The notes under the pieces are model-generated. The model was given only the letters and a program-made list of their open reading frames with translations, had not been told where the DNA came from and did not search any database. From Lytechinus pictus (Eukaryota), in NCBI RefSeq assembly GCF_037042905.1, contig NC_087245.1, positions 28,334,001 through 28,398,000 on the forward strand: DNA of 64,000 nt. The letters are read 5' to 3'. Made by a program: the position numbers and the translations under genes. Each line of letters starts with the position of its first letter. The first letter of the stretch is position 1. This document shows positions 25,086 to 36,846 of the stretch, piece after piece.

Positions 25086-26916
25086 ATGGAGTTGAAAGCA
25101 ACTGTGATCGTTGCTATCCTGGCTGCACTTGCTATGTCAGGTAAGCTCTCAAATTTGTATTTCGATCATCTGAAGGTATTATTACAAGATGATATTTTGA
25201 TTATCGCAATTCATTGATAGAAATCATAACTATTTCTATTTTGTTTGATAAAAGGAGGAATAACGCTTCATATCATTACCAATCACCACTGCTGTATTAA
25301 TGGGGGAGGGGGCTAGGGGCTAGCCCCCAAACCTTCCGTGACCAAGCAAAATTTTCAATACGAGAAAGAGAGATAAGGAGTGCAAAATGATTTTATTTTC
25401 TGAATGTTAAAATTTGTCACAAATTCATATTTTCATTTTAGAAGGTCAAAAGTTTCCGTCGCGATTTTAAAAAATATTTCCCCATTTTATTACGCAAGGT
25501 TTTTATGTGTCATTATTACTATTATTATTTGGGGAAGGGGGTGATTATGTCTTTGTCAAAAGTTGTAACTCGTAATTCAACAATAATCATGATTTTCAGT
25601 ATTCTGACTTTGTTGGGGGGGGGGGGTTGCTAATACAAAAGAAAATTGCCTATGTCAAATGGCTTATATCCTAAAATCTGTCAAATATTTTCAAGTTTAA
25701 TATGACTATACATGAATAGTGTCACATCGAACCAAACAAACGATGAAAATCTTATTGTTCTTATAAATTCGGACTATAAGAACTAAATCATCATAAATCT
25801 TTAATCACATAAAATATATATGAAATATCAGACAGCAAGATATAGGCCTAGGCTCATTATTGGTAAAAATTAACATTGTAAAAACTAAGACAAATATTTA
25901 ACAGAAATATCACATCGGAAATGATTCATATCATTGGAATCCTGAAAGGCTTAAGAAACTAATAGATTAATAGAAATTATTAAGTTTTCTGTACATTTTC
26001 CTCTTTTACAGCTAATGCACGAAGAGGTGATCGTGGAGGTATGGGGCCAGGGAGAGAGAGGGGAGAGGGTCGTTTCGGAGGAAGACCTGACGGAGTGCCA
26101 ATGGGAGGGCCAAGGCGAGGAGGTGGTGGAATGATGGATGGAAGGAGGTTTGATGGCCCCGGGTTGGGGCTTGGTGCCCCTCAGAGGGACCAACGAAGAC
26201 AATTTGGTGGTCCGATGGTTGGTGGAAGAAGATCTGACGGTCCTTTCCGTGGCTCCAGACCTGAAGGAGTTGGAAGACCTTTCTTCGGTCAAGACGGAAC
26301 CAGACGTGATGGTGGAGAAGAAGAAACCGCAGATGCCTCCAAAGAGTCTAAATCAATCTTTGATCGTTTTGGACTCGGTCCGCTTTTTAGAGGACAATCA
26401 CGAGATCGGGGTCGTCTTCAGGATCAAGGAGGTCAGCATAACGACAACAGCGAAGAGGATGGAGGTCATCGTCACCATCACCATCGCTACCACCCCCACC
26501 ATCATCACCACCGTCATAATCATACTGAAGGCCAACGCCCTCACAACAAGACGGGAAATTACCCACATCGTCATCACAACAAGACCGGAGACGGGGATTG
26601 GGACGGACCAAGATTCCAGATGAGGCCTTTCCGGTTCTTCAAAAACTGGCCATTTGGAAGACACAACCGAACCGAGGAAGGATCTCACGGACATGATGGC
26701 CGCCGCCATCCCTTTGGCAAGTTCCCAGGACGCTGGGGATCACATGAAAGCGAGGAAGAAGAGGAGGAGCAGCAGCAGCAGCAGGAGTCAACAACTAGGG
26801 AAAATGCAACCCCATCTTCCCCATCGGACGTGATAACACCATCCTCCCAACCGGAAGTGATTGAGATTGCAATCAATGACAATGAAATAGATACTAATGT
26901 CATCGGACAACTGTAA
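25086..26916 (+). CDS. Trf: Transformer (185/333) immune effector, gene 1, 319 aa
   Basis: Exon 1 25086-25140 (leader MELKATVIVAILAALAMS), 871-nt GT-AG intron, exon 2 26012-26916. Gly/Arg-rich region (GGRRFDGPG-like, RPFFGQ..RR.GEEET), His-rich region with HNHT/HNKT/HNRT sequons, acidic tail ending EVIEIAIN, no Cys: the two-exon Trf architecture. Confidence 0.96.
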
Positions 26917-27121
26917 ATTGTGTTTTAAAAATGACTGATACTGTAAAAATGAAGTCTTCTATATCTTTCCTCTAGTATTGACTGATAAAAATTCCTGACG
27001 ATGTTTCATCGATACTCAGGCATCCATATATTTTTTAATCACAAAGAGATAAGAAAATTGAATGAAGATACAACACGTTTCATCATGAATTTGACCTTTA
27101 TCGTTATTGAAAGACTTGTAA

Positions 27122-27127
27122 AATAAA
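27122..27127 (+). terminator. Polyadenylation signal of Trf gene 1 (conserved after all five genes)
   Basis: AATAAA ~205 nt after the stop, followed by a GT/T-rich tract. Confidence 0.6.
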
Positions 27128-27791
27128 CATGATAAATATTATACCAAACTCGTGTTTTCATATAGCATTACTTTTTCATACACTACTACATAATTCTTAA
27201 ATAATTACTGAAAGAGAAAAGGAGAGAATGTGATATTATGGGTTGAGATATTTTAGATTTATAAATAGAGGGGGGGGGGTGGGTGGGGAAAAATAGACTC
27301 CAAATAATTATTGGAATGAGCATGGTGAAAGAAAATAGGGGAGATAGATGCATGGGAAACTATTATGTGTGTGAAGTGCTACAGACAGAAGCTTGAAAGG
27401 AGAAAGAGGGACGAGCCAGAGAAGCCTAAAGAACTGAAGAGAGGGAGTGCGATATTAATAAATAGACACATGAGAGATTGGGAGTAGAAAGATCATGAAG
27501 ATATATAGAGAGGAAAAGTGATGAATATATTAAAGAGTGAGAGAGAGATGGAAGGGGAAAGGATGGGGTTGTTACTATAGTAATATAATGAGGTAAATTG
27601 TTACAGTATCTACCCCCATCCCCATCGTCCCAATGCTCAAGTGATCGGATCGACGGACATATATTCCATTAAAACACATCTTAAAAACATGCTCATCCCC
27701 CCTCATCCTGATTATTGTTGTTAGCAACGCCTCCATCATTTCCCTCCTCAATAAATCCCTTAGCCCCTGCTTGAGTTTAGGTTATCTTTAA

Positions 27792-27997
27792 AGGGGAATC
27801 ATCACTATGACATCCCATATGTGGCCAATTTAAAGTCTCCATGAGTATAGATTATATATGATTATCAATATTTACAACTTTTAAAAATTCATAACTTTCT
27901 TGTTGTTTGTCCAATATTGTTCAAACTTTCACATATCAACTGGTCTAATTTATCTTTTTCTTATAAAAACAAGTTTTTAATTGGGTTGGATTCCCCT
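27792..27997. mobile_element. Internally deleted family-A TTAA MITE (copy at 36364-36569)
   Basis: TTAA|AGGGGAATC plus ~200 bp matching the reverse complement of 17388-17577; absent after genes 3 and 5. Confidence 0.85.
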
Positions 27998-28274
27998 TTC
28001 AGTTATTTTCCTTATTGTTTTACATTTTGTTAGTTTTTCTTTTTGGTCCCCCTATTGCTTTTAATCATATTTTTTAAATTATCATATTGTATTTTGTTGC
28101 TTTCACCAATATTGTATGTTTTTATGATTTAATTCATATGATTTTGTGCTTTTGTCATTACCATGTTTGATTGTGTATTGTACTTTTTATTTTGTGTGTT
28201 TATGGACCCCTACGAAAAACAGCATTTGCTGATAGAGTGTTCCATCCCACTAGTGGAAAATGAATATATAAATA

Positions 28275-31200
28275 TTGAATTGAATTTATTAGCAAATATC
28301 ACTGTCAGGTACAATAATTTTACAAGGAATAATACATCACATATAAACAAAACATTTGGTAATTGGAGCTAACATAAAAGCAAGATGCTAATCGAGGTTA
28401 GCCCCAAATAATGTCATTATCATAGTTTAAACAGTAAATCTAACTTAATCTCAATATTGTACATCAAATTCAGTACCAATTCTACTTATTATACTGTTGC
28501 AGAAAATTTCGATCATTTTCAGTTAACATATTTACACAATTTACAAGAAAAAAATATCTTAATTATTCACAAAAATCTTTATATAGAAATATTTGTTTTC
28601 AGGCAGTATTTTACCATACCAAATTAATTATAATCTTCCAGTAGCATTAATTTTAACGATTTGCTAAATATCTTACGACTGGGGGTGTTTCTAATATTAC
28701 TTGGCAGATTGATTGTCAATTTGTTGGCATTGCACCATGCTGTTATTGTTTAAATTGAGACGAATTTCTGATAAATCAATATGTTGTTCATCACAATTGA
28801 AAGTATGAAATAAATTTGAGTCATCTGCAAAAAGACGTAAATTGAAATAATTTGATGAGTTTGCCAGATCGTTTATATACAACAAGAACAAAATTGGACC
28901 CAAAACTGATCCTTGTGGAATACCGCATGAAATCGACCTGTATTCGGAATTTACACCATCATAATTAACAAATTGCTTTCTGTTTCGTAAATAATCATTA
29001 AACCATTCTACTGCCTTACCACGAATGCCATAGTGTTCTAGTTTCTTAATGAGAATAGAATGATTAATCGTATCAAAAGCTTTAGCAAAATCGATGAATA
29101 TTCCTACTGTCACCTTTCCTTCATCAGTATATCTTGTAATTTGATTAATCAGATTTATCAGTGAAAGTTTCGTACTGTATCCATTTCTAAAACCATATTG
29201 GTGTTTATACAATATTTCATTCTTTTCTATGAATTTCATCAATCGTGCATTCACTAGTTTTTCAAATATTTTGCTAATCGCGGGTAAAATCGATATTGGT
29301 CTATAATTTTCAGGTAATTTTTTATCTCCCTTTTTGAAAACTGGTATAACTCTTGCAACTTTTAATTTATCTGGAAAAATGCATTTGGTAAATGATAGAT
29401 TGAATATATGCGAAAGAGGTTTGCAAATACAATTCATAGCATATATCAATAGTCGAACTGATATGTCACCATAGCCACTTGCTTTAGATTGATCAAGAGT
29501 GTATAACATTTCTTTAACTTCTGAACTTGTTTATTGGCAGGAAGAAAAATGTTTGACTAATGTATGGACCCATGAACTCTCGGTAATTAACATTTGGCTC
29601 CTCAATTTTCTCAGCTAGATTTTTCCCAATAGTAGAGAAATAATTGTTGAGGAATTCAGATTCGAGCCGCTATTTTTATTCAAAAGTTCATTGATATGAC
29701 TCCAAGTTTTCTTTGAATCTTTTTTGTCTGCTTTAAACTTATGTTCATAATGCATTTGCTTTGCTTCTTTAAGACGGTTGTTAACTGATTTCTGTATTTA
29801 TTATATTTATTCAAACAATCTTTATTATAATTTGATTTTATAACTTGAAAAAAAAGTTTGTGCTTTGTCGATATTGAACGCTTAATACATCGTGTTATCC
29901 AAGGTTTATTTTTCTTTTTCTGTTTAAGACATTTTGTCTCAATAGGAGCATGTTTATTACAAACAAATAAGATCTGTCTTTGGAAAATATTATAAGCTTC
30001 ATTAGGATCCATACATTCTAAAACGCTTTTCCTAAAATCAGTAGTAACATGTAGATCATTACAAAATGAATCTATTGAAAAATTATAAAATTTTCTCCGT
30101 GTTACACTATTTTTTCTTTGTTTAACACACTTGAAGTTCTTAAAAACGGAGTAAACTGGGAGATGGTCAGAAATATCTACTTCAATACACCCTGCTTGAA
30201 TAGGATAGGCATATATATTTGTATAGAAATGGTCAATGAGAGATATGCTAGAACTTGTTATTCTTGTTGGACTTGTCATCAACTGACGTAAGCCATAACA
30301 TTCTGTCATGTGAATAAACTCACAACTTTCAGTTGGAGATAAAAGATTTATATTGAAATCTCCTACAATATTGCAATGGTTTCTGTCTAGATTCAAGTTA
30401 TGCAATTGCTCGTTGAGATCAAGACTAAATTCTTCAAAGTTACTGTTTGGTTTTCTATAAATTACCCCGAATATGATACTCGCATCCTGAATGAGAATTT
30501 TCAGCCATAATGATTCAGCATTGTGCAAGGACAAATTAGGCATTCGTTTGTAATTAAGTCCTGAATGAATATAAGCACCAACTCCTCCTCCTCTTGTAAT
30601 ATTTCTACATTATAATTCAAGATTATACCATGGCATTGAAAACTGATTTATGTCTTTAACATTCCAAACTTCTGATAATGCGAATATCAAAAAATGATTT
30701 AAATTCATCTTCATATACTTCTTTCAGCATTTCAAAATTGCGATTCAAAGATCTCACATTCACGTGCGAAATGAAGAATGACTGAGGAAAAGCTTTTGTC
30801 GAGGAAAATTTTTCAGTAGAAAGTGATGCTGTTGTTATTTGAAATGGATCAAGTTCTTCGTTATCATTAAGCGAAATTATGTTGATAAGATTAAATTGGT
30901 GGTGGTATTGGTGGTGATTTTTTTACCTGATTGCTAAGAAAGCATGAATGCTTGTAAGCAAGCAACCAGAGGACCGACGGCGGTCCTCTCCGAAGGACCT
31001 GGTACTGAGGATTAATGCCTTACCAAAGGGCACTAGCGCACCAAGTGGGAATCGAACCCGGGTCACCGGAATACGAGTCCCCCGCTCTACCGACTGAGCT
31101 ATCGCGCCTCCTATGTAGTATCCATTACGTTCATAAGCATTACGTAAAAGATAAAATAAAGACATTACATATTTACAGTTATTTCAGCTTCGAAATATCT

Positions 31201-31389
31201 TCTTTCGAGAGTATGATGACAGGAGCTCATTTCTCGTCATTCCTGACATATATATTTTCCATTGTAAGTCCATAAGAACTTGTACCCAGCATTTTTTCTA
31301 GCTCCATTGGCGAGTCCTAGCAGCTCTCTTGTTGCACCGACGAGGTTCTCGTTGACAAAGGTTGATTCCAAGATCCGCAGAAGTTTATT
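28275..31389 (-). mobile_element. 5'-truncated, decayed CR1/L2-group LINE (ORF1 C-terminus, APE endonuclease, RT)
   Basis: RT motifs YRPISILP, FIDFAKAFD, PQGSVLGP, LFADD (28697-29509). APE motifs GDFNIN, IDH, SDH (29680-30543). ORF1-like tail FVNENL...YKFLWTYNGK (~31250-31360). 3' end AATAAATTCAATTCAA. 10-bp TSD TATATAAATA (28265-28274/31390-31399). Empty site after genes 3, 4 and 5. Confidence 0.92.
30924..31111 (-). mobile_element. tRNA-derived SINE lying between LINE ORF1 and ORF2 (copy at 39496-39683)
   Basis: GGAGGCGCGATAGCTCAGTCGGTAGAGC (A box)...GGTTCGATTCCC (B box), then a non-tRNA body and an A-rich end. Confidence 0.8.
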
Positions 31390-32398
31390 TATATAAATAA
31401 ACAAATAAAAAATAAATGATATGAATGTAACTTACATCTGGTAAATATCTCGAGGTGAGGTGAGTCATTGGCCGGTCTGCTTGGAGTTTGCCACGATGTT
31501 GTCGGAAAGAGTCCGCTCCCAGTACATGCCCGCCAGAAATTACATAGATTGCAGCTTTCTCCTATAGGCCTATGTAGGGAAGTGTCTGGCGTATTTAATA
31601 CCTTTTGGAAATAGATCACCCAGAGTGGAACAAGATTTATAATCAGCATAGGGAATGTCAATGGTAATTGTACACAGTCTTGGCAGTTGGCTGAAGACTT
31701 TCTCGCTGGAACACTGAGTTGCATGGGTTTACACGTACTCCCCCAATACGTCTTTAATCAATCCAGGCATTCCCACTGATGCTTTTCACAAAGCAGTCTG
31801 GACTCTGGGGTGAGCAATTATAATCATTCCCCATGGAAGCTTACATCCATTTGACTTTAACTGATTTCTCTCCTTTCATCTTTAAACCCTTCTGAATACA
31901 ATCTCATTAAAATTCTCTGAGCTACTCTACTACTCTCATATATACAAATTCCAATTAAAATTACTTCTTTTATTCTACTCCCGAACCCTCTTTACAAATT
32001 AATTTTCCAAACTGAACATCATGCACAGCTATAGGCTACATTTTCAATCACATACAAAACAAACAGTATTAAGTACCCTACAAAGATCTGAAGTTCATTA
32101 ACTTGGTTACCAGCAAAACTGAAATTCTTTTCTTTAATGCTAGCATTAACTCTCCCATTCAATCTTAACTAAGCCAGTCAACTTAACCCTATATACATTA
32201 TAAAAATATTGTGTAAAATTGCTCCATGAGGGTAATCATGTGTCCAACCAACATTGGGAATTTCTTTTGGGCATTTTTATCTATTCAGTGTGATGACTGA
32301 AAATTTTGCCCATTCTAAATAACCATACTGGCTTCCCACATTGAGTAAAATACTGCCCCACATTGATTGGGCACATATTATTTGTAATGCCCGGGCAC

Positions 32399-32629
32399 CA
32401 TAGCCCTGGGAAGCGGGGGTGCTGGGAGTGCTGAAGCACCTCAAAAATTTCCTTGGGGATGCTGCGTGTACTATTTTCCATAGGCAGCACCCCCAGGTAT
32501 TCTGAAAGATGTGTAAAATTGGGAAAACAGGTAACCAAAAAGACCTTCATTTTTTTATTGAAACCCCCTTATTTTTGCTTTTAAAATTTACATCAGCACC
32601 CCCAGTCAAGAATCGTTCCCAGGGCCCTG
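32399..32629. mobile_element. Small hAT-type MITE present in the array spacers (also ~40971, ~53583, ~61596)
   Basis: CA..GCCC...GGGCCCTG ends; 8-bp TSD CCGGGCAC. Confidence 0.7.
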
Positions 32630-33654
32630 CCGGGCACGCGGCTACGAAATAACGCAGCATTATGTAAGTACATGTCAGACCAAAAATAAAAACGTAATAT
32701 GTACAAAGTCAATACAAAATCTCTTTCATCTAAAATTCACAAATGAGTGAAAATTCTCACTTGATTGTCGATAGCATTTAATATTATACTATTTATGACT
32801 GAATAATGTCACCGATGATATTTGTCCCAAAAAAAAACAATTAAAGATTTAAAAAACAAAGAAATGAATGAGAAAAATAATTTCATTAGCGTAATTTTTG
32901 GCTTGTAGTTGATAAGAATGCCACAAAGAATATTTTCACCAAAAATTAGCTTTCTATAGGAGTGAATTAGAGCAAAAAGTATGATGAATAAATAATTCAT
33001 ATAAAAAGAAATATATGATAATTTATTTCCGTACATGCAGTGGTGTAGATTAAGTCATCCTCTACCTTCGTGCACTTTTCGTCGTGATCGCTCGATCCGC
33101 GGCCGAGATCTTAAAGGGGGGGGGGGGGCTCTACAGGATATCCGATCCGATATCCGAAGATGACGTAAAACCACCCGGTACCAGGCACTCTCTAAAACAA
33201 TGAGCAATACATTTATGCAAATGAAAGTTGACCAGTTCACCCTGATCATGGTTCGATATTGAAAAGAGTAACCAGGAGAGCATTTCAAGAAACAATAAAG
33301 TCAGTGATTTCCATTGACAAGTGTTATAAGCTACTGAAAATCCTTGCATCTGATTGGCTTAGAGCAAATTTGTCCAGTGAAAAACCATTGACACGATGCC
33401 TTCATGAAACGTTCCCCCGCTAAATAACAACAAACTAAAATAGCAATAAAATGATTCAACCAGGTAATACCTGGAAAAGCCTGACACGGTTTGGTACGAG
33501 GGTGGTTCTCGTCAGGGAGTGAAAGTGTATAAATACAGTGAGCTATAACAGAATTTAATCAGGTTTGGAGCTGATCCTGTCATCCTGAGAAGCTATCAAT
33601 ACACGGAAAGAATTCAAAATTGCGGGACTGGAGTGACACCCCCAATACGCCAAC

Positions 33655-35488
33655 ATGGAGTTGAAAGCAACTGTGATCCTTGCTATCCTGGCTGCACTTG
33701 CTATGTCAGGTAAGCCTTCAAATTTGTATTTCGATCATCTGAAGGTATTATTACAAGATGATATTTTGATTATCGCAATTCATTGATAGAAATCATAACT
33801 ATTTCTATTTTGTTTGATAAAAGGAGGAATAACGCTTCATATCATTATCAATCACCACTGCTGTATTAATGGGGGAGGGGGCTAGGGGCTAGCCCCCAAA
33901 CCTTCCGTGACCAAGCAAAATTTTCAATACGAGAAAGAGAGATAAGTAGTGCAAAATGATTTTATTTTCTGAATGTTAAAATTTGTCACAAATTCATATT
34001 TTCATTTTAGAAGGTCAAAAGTTTCCGTCGCGATTTTAAAAAATATTTCCCCATTTTATTACGCAAGGTTTTTATGTGTCTTTATTACTATTATTATTTG
34101 GGGAAGGGGGTGATTATGTCTTTGTCAAAAGTTGTAACTCGTAATTCAACAATAATCATGATTTTCAGTATTCTGACTTTGTTGGGGGGGGGGGGGGGTT
34201 GCTAATACAAAAGAAAATTGCCTATGTCAAATGGCTTATATCCTAAAATCTGTCAAATATTTTCAAGTTTAATATGACTATACATGAATAGTGTCACATC
34301 GAACCAAACAAACGATGAAAATCTTATTGTTCTTATAAATTCGGACTATAAGAACTAAATCATCATAAATCTTTAATCACATAAAATATATATGAAATAT
34401 CAGACAGCAAGATATAGGCCTAGGCTCATTATTGGTAAAAATTAACATTGTAAAAACTAAGACAAATATTTAACAGAAATATCACATCGGAAATGATTCA
34501 TATCATTGGAATCCTGAAAGGCTTAAGAAACTAATAGATTAATAGAAATTATTAAGTTTTCTGTACATTTTCCTCTTTTACAGCTAATGCACGAAGAGGT
34601 GATCGTGGAGGTATGGGGCCAGGGAGAGAGAGGGGAGAGGGTCGTTTCGGAGGAAGACCTGACGGAGTGCCAATGGGAGGGCCAAGGCGAGGAGGTGGTG
34701 GAATGATGGATGGAAGGAGGTTTGATGGCCCCGGGTTGGGGCTTGGTGCCCCTCAGAGGGACCAACGAAGACAATTTGGTGGTCCGATGGTTGGTGGAAG
34801 AAGATCTGACGGTCCTTTCCGTGGCTCCAGACCTGAAGGAGTTGGAAGACCTTTCTTCGGTCAAGACGGAACCAGACGTGATGGTGGAGAAGAAGAAACC
34901 GCAGATGCCTCCAAAGAGTCTAAATCAATCTTTGATCGTTTTGGACTCGGTCCGCTTTTTAGAGGACAATCACGAGATCGGGGTCGTCTTCAGGATCAAG
35001 GAGGTCAGCATAACGACAACAGCGAAGAGGATGGAGGTCATCGTCACCATCACCATCGCTACCACCCCCACCATCATCACCACCGTCATAATCATACTGA
35101 AGGCCAACGCCCTCACAACAAGACGGGAAATTACCCACATCGTCATCACAACAAGACCGGAGACGGGGATTGGGACGGACCAAGATTCCAGATGAGGCCT
35201 TTCCGGTTCTTCAAAAACTGGCCATTTGGAAGACACAACCGAACCGAGGAAGGATCTCACGGACATGATGGCCGCCGCCATCCCTTTGGCAAGTTCCCAG
35301 GACGCTGGGGATCACATGAAAGCGAGGAAGAAGAGGAGGAGCAGCAGCAGCAGCAGGAGTCAACAACTAGGGAAAATGCAACCCCATCTTCCCCATCGGA
35401 CGTGATAACACCATCCTCCCAACCGGAAGTGATTGAGATTGCAATCAATGACAATGAAATAGATACTAATGTCATCGGACAACTGTAA
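33655..35488 (+). CDS. Trf: Transformer gene 2, 319 aa
   Basis: Exon 1 33655-33709 (MELKATVILAILAALAMS), 874-nt intron, exon 2 34584-35488 with the same protein as gene 1. Confidence 0.95.
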
Positions 35489-36846
35489 ATTGTGTTTTAA
35501 AAATGACTGATACTGTAAAAATGAAGTCTTCTATATCTTTCCTCTAGTATTGACTGATAAAAATTCCTGACGATGTTTCATCGATACTCAGGCATCCATA
35601 TATTTTTTAATCACAAAGAGATAAGAAAATTGAATGAAGATACAACACGTTTCATCATGAATTTGACCTTTATCGTTATTGAAAGACTTGTAAAATAAAC
35701 ATGATAAATATTATACCAAACTCGTGTTTTCATATAGCATTACTTTTTCATACACTACTACATAATTCTTAAATAATTACTGAAAGAGAAAAGGAGAGAA
35801 TGTGATATTATGGGTTGAGATATTTTAGATTTATAAATAGAGGGGGGGGGGTGGGTGGGGAAAAATAGACTCCAAATAATTATTGGAATGAGCATGGTGA
35901 AAGAAAATAGGGGAGATAGATGCATGGGAAACTATTATGTGTGTGAAGTGCTACAGACAGAAGCTTGAAAGGAGAAAGAGGGACGAGCCAGAGAAGCCTA
36001 AAGAACTGAAGAGAGGGAGTGCGATATTAATAAATAGACACATGAGAGATTGGGAGTAGAAAGATCATGAAGATATATAGAGAGGAAAAGTGATGAATAT
36101 ATTAAAGAGTGAGAGAGAGATGGAAGGGGAAAGGATGGGGTTGTTACTATAGTAATATAATGAGGTAAATTGTTACAGTATCTACCCCCATCCCCATCGT
36201 CCCAATGCTCAAGTGATCGGATCGACGGACATATATTCCATTAAAACACATCTTAAAAACATGCTCATCCCCCCTCATCCTGATTATTGTTGTTAGCAAC
36301 GCCTCCATCATTTCCCTCCTCAATAAATCCCTTAGCCCCTGCTTGAGTTTAGGTTATCTTTAAAGGGGAATCATCACTATGACATCCCATATGTGGCCAA
36401 TTTAAAGTCTCCATGAGTATAGATTATATATGATTATCAATATTTACAACTTTTAAAAATTCATAACTTTCTTGTTGTTTGTCCAATATTGTTCAAACTT
36501 TCACATATCAACTGGTCTAATTTATCTTTTTCTTATAAAAACAAGTTTTTAATTGGGTTGGATTCCCCTTTCAGTTATTTTCCTTATTGTTTTACATTTT
36601 GTTAGTTTTTCTTTTTGGTCCCCCTATTGCTTTTAATCATATTTTTTAAATTATCATATTGTATTTTGTTGCTTTCACCAATATTGTATGTTTTTATGAT
36701 TTAATTCATATGATTTTGTGCTTTTGTCATTACCATGTTTGATTGTGTATTGTACTTTTTATTTTGTGTGTTTATGGACCCCTACGAAAAACAGCATTTG
36801 CTGATAGAGTGTTCCATCCCACTAGTGGAAAATGAATATATAAATA

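Noticed and set aside
26041-26043. ORF-track Met as the Trf start codon
   Set aside because: It is an internal Met; the real start is the leader exon at 25086, which splices in frame at 26012
25951-26903. Antisense ORFs over Trf exon 2 in every copy
   Set aside because: Shadows of low-complexity Gly/His/Glu codons
28697-30543. Reverse transcriptase as a dedicated Trf-diversifying enzyme (DGR- or retron-like)
   Set aside because: Ordinary broken CR1/L2-type LINE with TSD and tail, present in only one spacer lineage; no template/variable repeat pair, and the Trf copies retain introns
31035-31111. tRNA gene (also ~8400-8473 and ~39607-39683)
   Set aside because: A and B boxes run into SINE bodies and tails; I could not form a convincing cloverleaf
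31389-31724. Repeated minus-strand ORF MQLSVPARK... in the spacers
   Set aside because: It recurs only because the spacer is duplicated. It is frameshifted near 60420-60540, mostly deleted after gene 3, has no recognisable domain, and the other frames have about the random number of stops
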